Below are positions 39,235 through 52,940 of a DNA stretch of 64,000 nt, piece by piece. Where the stretch lies: NCBI RefSeq assembly GCF_020745735.1, contig NC_083408.1:91170484-91234483 (forward strand). Reading direction: 5' to 3'. Under the pieces are notes generated by a model. It was not told where the DNA came from. It saw nothing but the letters and a program-made list of their open reading frames with translations, and searched no databases. Both the position numbers and the translations under genes were made by a program. Position 1 is the first letter of the stretch. Each line of letters begins with the position of its first letter. The DNA comes from Hemiscyllium ocellatum. Lineage: Eukaryota.

Positions 39235-42200
39235 AGTGCAGGGGAGACCGAGAGAAAGAAACTGACACAGCTGTGAACCTGCATAGTTTACTGCCTTTGC
39301 TGTTTGAATTCATGTATCGCTGGACATTGGAGTGTGTCTGGGAAAATTAACACCATGAAATTCACAACTGATTGTGAAGGAACTGTTTGGGCGAAGTTCA
39401 CAGCACAGAAGCAGGTAAGTGTATTGTTTTTAAGTGACCTACAGAAAGTCTGCAGTAGTGAATGGAGAGGGTTCTTTCTTGATTATATGTTTTGTGAGCT
39501 ATGTCTCTTGATTAAACTTAAAACATAAGCCATAACTATTAATTTAACCCGGGGTAGTGTTTTGTGGAGGAACAAGATGGGTGTTATTTTCTGGGACTGT
39601 AGATTGTGAAGAAGCAAAATTGGCCTTTAGTAGAGTGATATGCGCTTCTTGTCAGATGTGGAGTTTAAGGGTTACTGCGGATTATATCTGCAATAAATGC
39701 TGTTGGTTGCGAATCTTATCAGATTGAATGGATCGGTTGGAGAGATGGTTAAAAGCAATGAGAAATTTGCAACAGCAACAGTGTGGGATGGATGACAATG
39801 AAAGGAAGGGGGGAAAGTCTCAGATAGAGTCACATAGATGGGTTAACTCCAGGAAAGGTAAGAGAGGTAGGCAGCTAGTGCAAGTTCCTTCTGTGGCTAT
39901 ACCCATTTCAAACAAGTATGCTGTTTTGGAAAATGTAGGGGGTGATAGATTCTCAGGGGAACATAGCACAAACAGCCAAGTTTATGGTATCGAGACTGGC
40001 TCTAATGCAATGAGGGGTACGTCGGGTTCCAAGAGATCAATTGTGTTAGGGGACTCTTCAGTCCGAGGTACAGACAGACGTTTCTGTGGCCAGCAGCAAA
40101 AATTCAGAATGGTGTGTTGCTTCACTGGTGCCAGGATCAAGGGTGTCTGAGAGGGTATAGAATATTCTCAAGGGGAAGAGAGGCCAGCAACAGGTCATTG
40201 TCCACATTGGAACCAACGACATAGGAAGGGAAAAGGTTGAGATTCTGAAGGGAGATTACAGCGAGTTAGGCAGAAATTTAAAAAGGAGGTCCTCGAGAAT
40301 AGTCATATCTGGATTACACCCGGTGCTATGAGCTCGGGAAGGCAGGAATAGGAGGACAGAGCAGATGGATACATGGCTGAGGAGCTGGTGTATGGGAGAA
40401 GGATTCACATTTTTGAACCATTGGAATTTCTTTTGGGGTAGAAGTGACCTGTACAAGAAAGATTGTTTGCACCTGAATTGGAAGGGGACTAATATACTGG
40501 CAGGGAGATTTGTTAGAGCTGCTCGGGAGGATTTCAGCTCGTAAGGTTGGGGGAGTAGGAACCCACGGAGATACTGAGGAAAGAGATCAATCTGAGACTG
40601 GTACAGTTGAGAACAGAAGTGAGTCAAACAGTCAGGGCAGGCAGGGACAAGGTAGGATTAATAAATTAAACTGCATTTATTTCAATGCAAGGGGCATAAG
40701 AGGGAAGGCAGATGAACTCAGGGCATGGTTAGAAATGTGGGACTGGGATATCATAGCAATTACAGAAACATGGCTCAGCGTTTGGGCAGGACTGGCAGCT
40801 TAATGTTTCAGGATATAAATGCTACAGGAAGGATAGAAAGGGAGGCAAGAGAAGAGGGGCAATGGCATTTTTGATAAGGGATAGCATGACAACTGTGCTG
40901 AGGGAGAATATTCCTGGAAATACATTCAGGGAGGTTATTTGGGAGGAACTGAGAAATAAGAAAGGGATGATGACCTTATTGGGATTGTACTATAGACCCC
41001 AAATAGGCAGAGGGAAATTGAGAAACAAACTTGTAAGGAGATCTCAGCTATCTGTAAGAATAATACGGTGGTTTTTTGGTAGGGGATTTTAACTTTCCAA
41101 ACTTAGACTGGGACTGCCATAGTGTTAAGGGTTTAGATGGAGAGGAATTTGTTAAGTGTATACAAGAAAATTTTCTGATTCAGTATGTGGATGTACCTAC
41201 CAGAGAAGATGCAAAACTTGACTTACTCTGGGGAAATAAGGCAGAGCAGGTGGCTGAGGGGCCAGCGACCATAATTCTATATGATTTAAAATAGTGATGG
41301 AAAAGGATAGACCAGATCTAAAAGTTGAAGTTCTAAATTGGAGAAAGGCTAAGTTTGACGGTATTAGGCAAGAACTTTCAAAAGCTGATTGGGGCAGATG
41401 TTCGCAGGTAAAGGGACAGCTGGAAAATGGGAAGCCTTCCAAAATGAGATAACGAGAATGCAGAGAAATTATATTCCTATTACGGTGAAAGGAAAGGCTG
41501 GTAGGTGTAGGGAATGCTGTAAGACTAAAGAAATTGAGGATTTGCTTAAGAAGGAATCATATGTCAGGTACAGACAGGATAGATCGAGTGAATCCTTAGA
41601 GTATAAAGGCAGTAGGAATATACCTAAGAGGGAAATCAGGAGGGCAAAAAGGGGACATAAAGTAGCTTTGGCAAATAGAATTAAGGAGAATCCAAAGGGT
41701 TTTTACAAACACATTAAGGACAAAAGGATAACGAGGGAGAGAATAGGACCCCTCAAAGATCAGCAAGACGGCGTTGTGTGGAGCCACAGAAAATAGGGGA
41801 GATACTAAACGAGTATTTTGCATCAGTATTTACTGTGTAAAAGGAAATGGAAGATATAGAAAGTACCAAAATAGATAGTGACATCTTGCAAAATGTCCAG
41901 ATTAAAGAGGAGGAAGTGCTGGATGTCTTGAAACGCATATTGGTGGATAAATCCCCAGGACCTGATCAGGTGTACCCTAGAATTCTGTGGGAAGCTAGAA
42001 AAGTGATCGCTGGACCCCTTGCTGCGATATTTGTATCAGTGATAGTCACAGGTGAGGTGCCAGAAGACTGGAGGTTTGCTAACATGGTGCCACTGTTTAT
42101 AAAGGGTGGTAAGGACAAGCCAGGGACTATAGACCAGTGAGCCTGACGTCAGTGGTGGGCTAGTTGTTGGAGGGAATCCTGAGGGACAGGATGTACATAT

Positions 42201-44625
42201 ATTTGGAAAGGCAAGGACTGATTAGGGATAGTCAACATGGCTTTGTGCATGGGAAATCATGTCTCACAAACTTGATTGAGATTTTGAAGTAACAAAGAGG
42301 ATTGAAGATGGCAGAACGGTAGATGTGATCTATATGGACTTCAGTAAAGCATTCGCCAAAAGTTCCCCATGGGAGACTGGTTAGCAAGGTTAGATCTCAC
42401 AGAATAAAGGGAGAATTAGCCATTTGGATACAGAACTGGCTCAAAGGTAGAAGACAGAGGGTGGTGGTGGAGGGTTGTTTTTCAGATTGGAGGCCAGTGA
42501 CCAGTGGAGTGCCACAAGGATCGGTGCTGGGTCCTCTACTTTTTGTCATTTACATAAATGATTTGGATGCAAACATAAGAGGTACAGTTAGTAAGTTTGC
42601 AGATGACACCAAAATTGGAGGTGTAGTGAACAGCAAAGAAGGTTACCTCTGATTACCTCTGGATCTTGACCAGATGGGCCAATGGGTTGAGAAGTGACAG
42701 ATGGAGTTTAATTCAGATAAATGCGAGGTGCTGCATTCTGAGAAAGCAAATCTTAGCAGGACTTATACATTCAATGGTATGTTCCTAGGGAGTATTGCTG
42801 AACAAAGAGACCTTGGAGTGCAGGGTCATAGTTCCTTGAAAATGGAGTCGCAAGTAGATAAGCTAGTGAAGAAGGCATTTGGTAAGCTTTCCTTTATTGG
42901 TCAGAGAATTGAGTACAGGAATTGGTGCTGTACAGGACATTGGTTAGGCTACTGTTGGAATATTGCGTGCAATTCTGGTCTCCTTCCTATCAGAAAGATG
43001 TTGCGAACTTGAAAGGGTTCAGAAAAGATTTACAAGGATGTTGACAGAGTTGGACAATTTGAACTATGGGGAGAGGCTGAACAGGCTGGGGCTGGTTTCC
43101 CTGGAGTGTTGGAGGCTGAGCGGTGACCTTATCGAGGTTTACAAAATTATGAGGGGCATAGAACATAGAACATAGAAAGATACAGCGCAGTACAGGCCCT
43201 TCGGCCCTCGATGTTGCGCCGACCGAATCCTACCTAACCTACACTAGCCCAATAACTTCCAAATGCCTATCCAATGCCCGCTTAAATGACCATAAAGAAG
43301 GAGAGTTCACCACTGCTACTGGCAGGGCATTCCATGAACTCACAACCCGCTGTGTAAAGAATCTACCCCTAACATCTGTCCTATACCTACCACCCCTTAA
43401 TTTAAAGCTGTGTCCCCTAGTAACACCTGACTCCATTAGCGGTAAAAGGTTCTCAGTGTCGACCCTATCTAAACCCCTAATCATCTTATACACCTCTATC
43501 AAATCTCCCCTAAACCTTCTCTTCTCCAATGAGAACAGTCCCAAGTGCCTCAGCCTTTCCTCATAAGATTTTCCTACCATTCCAGGCAACATCCTGGTAA
43601 ACCTCCTCTGCACTCGTTCCAATGCCTCCACATCCTTCCTATAGTATGGCGACCAAAACTGCACACAATACTCCAGATGAGGCCGCACCAGAGTCTTATA
43701 CAGTTGCAACATGACCTCAGGACTCCGGAACTCAATTCCTCTACCAATAAAGCCCAGTACACCATATGCCTTCCTCACAGCACTATTTACCTGGGTGGCA
43801 ACTTTCAGAGATCTGTGTACATGGACACCAAGATCCCTCTGCTCATCCACACTACCAAGTAGCCTACCATTAGCCCAGTAATCCATCCTCTTGTTACTCC
43901 TACCAAAGTGAATGACTTCACACTTAGCTACATTGAATTCCATTTGCCACCTTTCTGCCCAGCTCTGCAACTTATCTATATCCCGCTGTAACCTACCACT
44001 TCCTTCCTCACTATCCACAACTCCACCGACTTTTGTGTCATCCGCAAACTTGCTTACCCAGCTTTCAAGCCCTTCCTCTAGATCATTTATAAAGATAACA
44101 AAAAGCAATGGTCCCAAAACAGATCCTTGTGGTACACCGCTAGTAACTGCACTCCAAGATGAACATAGTCCATCAACTACTACCCTCTGTCTCCTTCCAG
44201 CCAGCCAATTCCTAATCCAAACCTCTAATGTATCCTCAATGCCATACATCCGTAGTTTTAGCATTAGCCTACCATGGGCATGAATAGGATAAATAGACAA
44301 AGTCTTTTCCCTGGGGTGGAGAAGTCCAGAACTAGAGGGCATAGGTTTAGGGTGAGAGGAGAAAGATATTAAAGGGACCCAAGGTGCAACTTTTTCATGG
44401 AGAGGGTGGGATGTGTATGGAATGAGCTGCCAGAGGAAGTGGTGGAGGCTGGTACAATTGTGACATTTAAGAGGCATTTGGATGGGTATATGAATCGGAA
44501 GGATTTGGAGGGATATGCGCAGAGTGCTGGCAGGTGGGACTAGATTGGGTTGAGATATCTGGTTGGCATGGACGTATTGGACCGAAGGGTCTGTTTCCAT
44601 GCTAGAGACCTCAATGACTCTATGA
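39235..44625 (+). mobile_element. Full-length CR1 LINE (ORF1 zinc finger + SGNH esterase; ORF2 APE endonuclease + RT), decayed, with nested insertion
   Basis: ORF1: ICASCQMW..YICNKC, IVLGDSSVRG, VHIGTNDIG, LHLN. ORF2: [55 protein letters not shown]; 3' tail at 44280-44620. Confidence 0.95.
43160..44275 (-). mobile_element. Young 5'-truncated CR1 insertion with uninterrupted RT/C-terminal frame
   Basis: No stop or frameshift from 44275 to the stop at 43239 ([31 protein letters not shown]). (TTCTATG)n tail; GGGCAT at both junctions (43154-43159, 44276-44281). Confidence 0.95.
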
Positions 44626-44663
44626 ACAGAGCATCAACAAATGGCAATATTATTGTGAGTTAG

Positions 44664-45542
44664 TGTTACGGTTGCAGTAAGGTATATGATTCATACATAT
44701 TTTAAATGTAATTTACTTGAATTGAACATGAATTTGAACTTGTGGCTTGCTGGCTGATGTGTGCCTGAAGGAGTTTCACGATTAACTTGTTACTAATTGT
44801 ATAGACATGGTGATTTATTTTAAAACTACGTGACAGGAGGGAGATTAATGCAATTTTTTTTTACATTGTTCACTCAAACTCTCCCAAAGTAACATTCAGA
44901 TTGATGATTCTGGATTTTTTTTTGAAGCTTAGGGAAAACACCCATAACTTTGTATTTGTTATTTTGGTTTGTTTAGGGCAGTTCTGCACATAGTAATTAG
45001 CAAAACCGGATGTGTAAAGCAATTGCTTACACGCAAGGGAGAAGATTGCTTTGAATTGTTAAAGAAGTTAACTCATTGTGAGGAATTTAGTTGATAAATT
45101 CTAGACCAGAAGTGTTTGGTTAAAACCCTAGAAGAGGTCACAACACAGGTGAGAAAGTTTAAGTTTGGTTATAAAATGAACAAGGAAGAGGCCATCAGAT
45201 TTTCATGAATGGGAACTGAAGTCACAGCAAACTCAAATCTAATGTGGGACAGAGCATTTTCACTGGTGTTTGAGTACTGTAGTGGATGCTGTTGGGATTA
45301 ATGAGATTGTATTTTCTATTCAAAACCTTTAATTATGTTATATGGACACAGTTTGGTTTATTCCAGTTCAGTTTTACATGCAATAAACTTGTTTTATTGT
45401 TAAACCAAATCCATAACATTGCATGCTTATGCATTGCAGCGAGAGCTCACCTTGTTAAAAACACAAACAGTATGAATTATCAAGCCCAATTTCAGTTTGG
45501 CATCTGACAAGTCTAGTAATAATTCCAGCTGGGATCATATTA
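44664..45542 (+). mobile_element. Probable solo LTR (Ty3/gypsy-like)
   Basis: Starts TGTTACGG, has an internal AATAAA (45382), and ends GCTGGGATCATATTA (decayed ...CATAACA). No clean TSD. Confidence 0.45.
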
Positions 45543-45587
45543 TAGTTATATTATGCAATTACTCAATCTTTTCAGAACCACACCTTT

Positions 45588-48500
45588 ATTGAAAAAGGTT
45601 TTTATTTTTCACAAAATTATAAAAAGTACAAAGGTCTTATTAACAATAAACTACCTCCTACTCTACAAACCAAATCAAGACCATCAAAAAAGGTATGGAA
45701 CAATCTTTCCAAGTTACAACTCGATAAATAGTTGAACTTAGCAAATTAGTTTAAATTAGCTTACCTTATACTGAACTGACCTAACTTTGACTCAATCTAA
45801 CTTGATAGGACTAAGTTAAATTAACTCAACTCATTAAATGAAATTACACCACTTGGCGCATCCCCACCAAAGCTCCCATCCAAGGGAGTGTTAGCCATTA
45901 TACCTGTATTTATTCAAGCTTCTCCCGCAAAGGCCCCCGGACTGCCAAATAGAGTCTGGTCAAAAAGGCCTGGTCAATGTGGCTAACAAATGCATGCCTA
46001 TGTAATTTAGAAAGGGAGTTACAGAATAGTTCTGTTTTCTGGTGCACCACATTCTAAGAAAACCCAGAGGAACGTGCTCCAACACTCGTCTACGCCACCC
46101 CATAAGAACTGTTGGGTGGGTGGGGGGGGGGGGGGTGTTCAGAGGTCCAGCTCATTAAAATGTTCTTCCTTGCACAATACTTAAGAGTATTGAATAATCT
46201 CTTCCCATGCTCATAATGAGGGCAGCTTAGGCAGTCCCAAAAGAAGGAATACCAGATCCACCCTAACTTCAATTCCCAGAATCTCCTCCACCTTGTTCAC
46301 TATGGCATCCCAGTACCTGTAGATCTTATGATACAACCACAATGTGTCAGGGTGCCAGTGCTTGTTTTACATTGCGGGAACTGTGGAGATGCTCCTTGAA
46401 TTTTGCAAATCGCTCCGGAGCCATGTGGGCTCTGTAGAGAATCTTCAATTGCATATCGAGATTTTCTTCACATTTTCCCATATATCCTCCCATGTTTCAG
46501 ATGAAATTTCTATCCCTAGTTCTTGACTCCAGACTCCATAGAGTCTTTTCATATCCTCAAAAGGTGCCCCTTCTCTGTGAATGATATAGAGCACTGACTA
46601 AGAGTGTGCCCTCACACCAGAACACTCTGCTTTCCAGGTCAGACTTGTAGGGCTGAATTAAATGCGTGATCCTGTATATAATCCCTAATCTGAAACAATG
46701 GAAAAGGTTCCCACTGGGTAGCCCACATTTGTGACTTAACTGGTCACAAGACATCAAGACCTCTCCCTCAAATAGGTCTCACAAACAGGAGATTTTCTTG
46801 ACTTCCCAAGTCTTAAAGCCAGAATCCACTGACCCTGGCCTGAATCCTGGGGCTCCAACCAAAGGGGTAAACGGCAAAAGTCTTATGCAGGTTACCCTAG
46901 CCCTGCTGCATCATCCCCCATGCTTTAACTGTGTTTATAATACTCAGGCGTTGACAATGCTCAGCAACAGATTTCATCTTATCCATAAGCAGCAGGCTGA
47001 GGAGGGGACATCTTGTCTGGGAGACCTTGCTGTGGAGTCATATCGATCTCAAGTCCTTCCGCACCCTGTCACTCACATAGGACAATAAGGCGTTTATTTG
47101 GTATTGCTTAAAATCTGGGAGATCTACCTCCCCATACCCTATGGGAGTTGCAAGTTGGTGAATTTAATAAGAGGGCACCTACAACACCAAATAAAAGATC
47201 CAAGGCAGCCACTGAGTCTCCGCAGCACTTCTCTGGGCAATAGCTGTGGAAGCATTCTCAAGAGGTAGAGTAGCCGAGGAAGAACATTCATTTTGATCAG
47301 TGCTGTCCGGCCTAACCATGATATTGGCAACCCCTCCCAATGCTAACGATCTTGTTTTATCCTTTCAAACAATCGCACAAAGTTAGCCCTATACAGCTGG
47401 TGGAAAGCGGGAGTGCTAAAAATACCCAAATAACTTTTTGTGACCGCCGGAAAGGGAATGGTGTTCTGTGCTCCAGATCAGGTCCTCCCAGCAAGCCCCC
47501 CCACAGGCCTGGTTTACGATTTTGTAAAACATGCTGAATACTCTTGTATTAACTGGGGCATAGACTTTTCTGGATTAGCCAGAAAGAGGAGAACATCAGC
47601 GTGAAGAGTAATTTTGTGCTCTCCCATTCCTACATTTGGGGCAACTATTTCAGAGTCCTTGCCAGTAGCCTCCGGCAGTGGTTTGATTACTAAGATGAAT
47701 AGCAGCGGCGAGAGAGGAAACCCTGGTTGCTGCCACGCTCAATGCCAAAGTTATCTAATTTTACGCTGGTCATGAGGACCGCTGCCATAGGGTCGTTATA
47801 CAACGCTGCCACCAACCTAGCAAAAGCCCACCCAAGGCCAAAACATTCCAGGATGCCAAAAGATATGGCCACTCCACCCAATCAGATGACTTTTCCGCGT
47901 TCAAGGAGACCAAGCCCGGAATTGACCTCTGCTGATATACATGTACAACATTCAACACTCTCCTGCTATCATTGAAAGAGTTACCATCCTTAATAAAGCC
48001 TGTCTGGCCTTCCTTTATGATGGTGGGCAATACTTTCTCCAATCTCAAAGCTAGCGTTTTAGACAAGACTTTAAAATCTATGTTCAGTAGTGAGATAGGC
48101 CTATACGAGGCACACAGTCTTCAGTATTCCCATCTGTTTAGAATAAGGGGGATATTGGCCTCCCAAAGAGGGCGGAAGGCAGTCCTGGCTGAATAAACAA
48201 TTGGCTCGGCCAACGTGTTTGTGAATTCCTTATAGAACTCATTTGGGAACCTGTCTGGGCCAGCTGCTTTGCCACTTTGGAACTGCCTTACTGCCTCTTG
48301 TATTGTTAAGGATGCATTCAAAAGAGAGAATGTTCTGCATATATACCTGGGAGGTCCAGATTCTAAAAAAAAGGATTCCATCCTTGCTACTCCATCCTCA
48401 CAACCCTCCAATCCTCTGGGAAAAAATTTCTAAATGTAATATTAACCTTTTTAGACTCCAGTGATAGGGAGAGAACTGGTACTAACAGACACAATGGACC

Positions 48501-50680
48501 GTGGGGTACATTTCTTCCTGGCCAAATATATCTGGCTTATTACTGTATTCAAATAAGGAAACCTGTCACTTCGCCACCTGGGTAAGTACTGAATTCAGAG
48601 CAGCCCAGAGAGCTGTGACATGATGCAATTTAGTCACGGATGGTCTGTCATAATATGCCAACTCAGTTGCCTTCAACCGGGCCTCAACCATACATTGCTG
48701 TTCTCCACTCTGGCTCTTCCTGGTTGCTGAATATGAAATAATTAAACCCCTTAAGTAAAATTCCCAAAGCATTGATTCATTACAGGCAGTGAAGTACTCT
48801 ACAAATTTTCGATCCTTCAAAAGAAATGAACTTATGCGCCAATATCTATTTCACTACCTCTGATCTTAACATTTAAGTACATTGCCGCATGGTCCGATAT
48901 GACAATGCTCCCACTCCTGCAGGATAACACCTAATCCAGACAGATCAATGGAACAAAGAACGTATCAATTCTTGTGTGGCACTTGGGCGGTTGGAGTAAA
49001 AGATAAAATGTCGATCATTAGGGTGGTGACACCGCCACACATTAACCAACGCCAATGCCTCACATAAGTCCACCAACTGTCTGGACTGCAGCGAGATACC
49101 AGAGAGACCCCTTGGCATCCTGTTCACCTCAGGGTCCACGAGAACAGTTAAAGTCTCCTCCTATAATCATATGGTGTACCCCAGGAGCCATCAATTTAGA
49201 GAATGTGTCAATTAAGTATTTAAGAGGGTGCACCAGAGGACAATAGACATTCAGGATGCCATATTCTTTCTAGTGTACCAAGGCCTTAAGGATGATGAAC
49301 CACCCATGTTGGCCTTAATTTGGTCTATTATCTGAAATGGGAGGTTCTTCTGCATTAGTATGGCCACTGCTCTGCTTCTGGAATTAAAAGAGGAAAAGAA
49401 TACCCCACCAGACCCTCCCTGCTATAATTTCAAATGTTCCTGGTCACTGAGGTGTATCTCTGAGGTTTGAGAGCACCTTCTTTCTTTTGATCGGAGACTG
49501 ACCCCCTTTTAATGTTCCAGTGCACCATCAAAATGAACCACTAGCCATGACAATGCAAAAAAAAAAGGAAAAAGAGAAAAGGGAATCTTATATGCAAGCA
49601 ATGCCCAACATACAAAACCAACAACTAAGAGAGCAAAGGATATACCATTGTCCATTACTTTTTCTGACCCAGACCACCTCTTTCCAAGAGTCTAGGAAAT
49701 CCCTTGCTTTGTCTGCTGAGTCAAAGTTGTAAGCATACCCTCCATGGCTGAAGCGTAGTACTGCCAGGTACTCAGAGTATTGGATATTCAAGTCTCCCAA
49801 CCTCTTCCTGACTTCATCAAAAGATTTTCTCTTCTTAATTATAGCCCCAGAGAAAAGTATTGAGAAGACACTTTTTGACTCCTTGTAAACCAGGGCCTCC
49901 CGACCTTCTGGAGGCTTCCATCATCATCTGCTTCTCCTTGTAATACTGGAGTCGCACTAGGACCAGGGAGGAGCATTGATCCAACCCAGACCACGCATCG
50001 CGATCTGGTGGGCCCATTCTACATGCACACTGCCCGACTCAACTCCTAGCCCCAGGAACTGCGGGAGCCCACTGCACCAGGAAGCTGACCAGGCCCTCAC
50101 CTTCTTCACATTCCGGGAGCCAGACTAACTGTAACCTCTAATCTCAAGGTCGCAGACCTGGTCCAGCAGGGCTCGAACCTGGCCTTCCAGCTTTTGGATC
50201 CTCCCCTCCGAACTCTCAGCTGCAGTCTCCGTCGCCAAGGTCCTTTGGTCGACCATCTTGGTGCGTTGGTCCCGTACTTTGATCTGCTGCTGATGCTTCT
50301 GTGGCGTGGCAGAGATTGGTTCCAGCGCTGACTTGATTTTTACAAGTTGGAGTTTTACAAACAACAAATTCTGTTGTTCCAACGGTTCCAGGGCGCCACT
50401 ACGGGAGTCAGGGCCGTGGCCTCAGGTGCGCCTGGCACTATAGGCCTTGCTTGCTGCGATCCTCCCGTTCCCTTCCCTTTAGTCGACGTCACCTTCTTCT
50501 TAAAATGTTAAGATTAGTACTTAAAGGGTTCTAGGGATTGTATTACACTCCATTCTCTCAATCTTTCTCATGGATGGCTAATTATAGGGGGGGTGGGGGT
50601 AAAAGCTCCACTGAACTTGGGATATGGTGCAGAGCCCAGCATTGCAGACCTCTCAGATTACCACCATCTTGGATCTCCCA
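45588..50680 (-). mobile_element. Full-length decayed L1-clade LINE (~5.1 kb)
   Basis: ORF1 coiled coil (RIQKLEGQVRALLDQVCDLE) and CTD (LRFSHGGYAYNFDSADKARDFL). ORF2: IIGGDFN, ISDH, GKAAGPD.FPNEFYK, QTGFIK, LNAEK..DWVEWPYL, IKMNVLPRLLYL. TSD AACCA(C/T)ACCTTT at 45576 and 50681. Confidence 0.92.
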
Positions 50681-51215
50681 AACCATACCTTTGTTAAAAG
50701 TGAAGTTGAGCAGCAAGACAAACAAAGTATTGTGCCATGATTTTAGGTCATTTAATGAAGAAATCTAATTACAAACTCTCACTGCCTTTTCGACAGTCAA
50801 AAATTAACAGCAATCATCTAGGCCTCACCTTAGCCCACAGTGCTTCCCTGTGGGAACATGGGTAAATTGCAGGCTTAATTACTTATAGAATCATAGTATT
50901 GCTACATTGTCTTAAAATTATTGAAAAATCTTTAAAATATTCAGATATTCTCATTCACATATCTACTTTAGACAAGAACTCCACGATTGAGATCTGTCCT
51001 CATCACCCAGACTTCATTTTCTCTGAAAAAAAAGGTCACTTTTTATGGTTTACATAAGAAACAAACTTGTCTTTTTTAAAAATATCTTTAAGTTGTAGAA
51101 AAAGTGGAGTAGCCATGAAGAGGAGCCTCAATTTAAACTGGTGATTTTTTAAAGGAAGTCATCACTGCAGCACTTCAAACAAACTGGAGCAGTCAGACAG
51201 CTTCAGTGGATAAAG

Positions 51216-51304
51216 TCAACATTGTTTCCTTGTCCTTTTGGAAGGAGGTGCATCTCCATCTCCTTTATCAGCCGATTCGTCTTCACTGTCATCTTCATCT
51301 TCAT
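51216..51304 (-). CDS. GON7: GON7 (KEOPS complex subunit) exon 2
   Basis: Acceptor TTTCTTCTTTCAACAG|. The phase-1 join gives DEDEDDSEDESADKGDGDAPPSKRTRKQC*, an acidic tail plus P-S-K-R basic end as in vertebrate GON7. Spliced CDS is 226+89=315 nt (104 aa). Confidence 0.9.
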
Positions 51305-51797
51305 CTGTTGAAAGAAGAAATATATCAAAACACATTTTATAAGTTACAATCCGAAGATCTGGATCCAGGCTCCAAGACAGTACAACAGAAGCAAACTATC
51401 ACAGATGCTAGTACTACTTGAAGAATGAAGCAGCACAGGGTGGAAGGCAAGAGATATTAAATTCCAAAAAGGATAAGACCGTAAGCCAAGGGTAAGAGTG
51501 GGAGGAAGTGTAATGGTACAAGTATAGAAAAGATTCATCTTGCGGAGCCATTATAGGATTTAATGCGTAACATCTAAATCAACCTGGTGAAAGATTAACA
51601 ATTGAGATAATTTGTCTTGTTGATATTTCTGGCATTGCTTTTATTACCAAAAAGCTGCACGACACCAAAAGCTACAAGCACAAAGTCTAAAATTATGATT
51701 TCTAGACTAACAATTTAAGTCCTAAATGGAAAAATGATATTGCCCAAGTCTAGTCATTTCTCAGTCAACCCCAGACGTTGACCCGTTTCGCTATTCC

Positions 51798-52606
51798 TGT
51801 ATCAGTCAAAGCAAACACTCAGACACAGTATGACGTTATCTCCATCTTTATTCTGGGTCCTGGAAGAAGAGAGAACAATTGCCCAAGTGCACAGAGACAT
51901 GGGTTCTCTGTCTTCTCTCGAACAGCAGATTCTTAAGGAATTATGTGGTCACTTACAGGGAGCAACATCCAAATAAGGCAGTATCTATATTGACTAGGTG
52001 ACCGTTAGAAGCAGCGAAGTTCAGCAGTAAAGATTAAGCCATCTGACATTATACAATGGATGCTTTTCACCTTGTTAACTGGCATTACACAAACGGATTT
52101 TTTAAACCTCATTAACCCACTACCCTTGCCTCCAGCAGCTCACTGTTTACTGCAAGTTCTTATCTGGTCAATGTCATGCTAGCTGAGCCTTTGTCTTGCA
52201 ACCCAAAACTTAACTCTTCCTTTATGTGCCCTTTGTGGGTGGCACGGTGGCAGTGGGCAGCATGGTGAAAGTGGGGGGCATGGTGGCACAGTGGTTAGCA
52301 CTGCTACCTCACAGCGCCAGAGACCTGGGTTCAATTCCCGACTCAGGTGACTGACTGTGGAGTTTGCACTTTCTCCCCGTGTCTGCGTGGGTTTCCTCCG
52401 GGTGCTCCGGTTTCCTCCCATAGTCCAAAAATGTGCAGGTTAGGTGAATTGGCCATGCTAGATTGCCTGTAGTGTTAGGTGAAGGGGTAACGGTAGCGGT
52501 ATGGGTGGGTTGTGCTTTGGCAGGTCGGTGTGGTCTTGTTGGGCCGAACAGCCTGTTTCCACACTGTAAGTAATCTATCTGCTCATACCTGATTACACTT
52601 TCTCAC
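51798..52606 (-). mobile_element. Possible solo LTR interrupted by an HE1 SINE
   Basis: TGT...ACA termini and a minus-strand AATAAA at ~51847, close to one end. Family not recognised. Confidence 0.3.
52238..52580 (+). mobile_element. HE1-type V-SINE, full length, with reiterated 5' head
   Basis: A-box GGCACAGTGG, B-box GGTTCAATTCC, V-domain, and CR1-like tail ending TAATCTA. Confidence 0.92.
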
Positions 52607-52940
52607 AGAGTGGCTGAAATCAAAGAAATAAATGGGCAACTCTGCCCTTCAACAGAAAAAAAACACATCTGTCCAATCCATTCATTCCTTAAACCCCAAT
52701 CTTAATTTTTGGTTAAATCAAATCTCCAAAAAAAATGCTTTTATAAAGTTTAAGATTGCAATTTATTCCCCAGTCTAAGGAGTTATCACATCCCAGCTTT
52801 GCTTTAGTGACAGCCTGTGTTAAGGAAGTGCAAAATTGACCAGGGTTTAATATCTAGGCTCATTGCAAAGGAGTGCAAGCTGATGGTTGGATCAGGCCCA
52901 GTGTGCTACCTTCTATCCTGCCCACTCCCCAAAAGATTAG

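Noticed and set aside
43239-44600. 453-aa ORF as a domesticated RT gene
   Set aside because: It is chimeric: the first ~108 codons are the antisense of the host CR1 3' end, running by chance into the nested young CR1 RT frame.
52278-52345. tRNA gene
   Set aside because: The A/B boxes belong to the tRNA-derived head of an HE1 SINE, continuous with the V-domain and tail.
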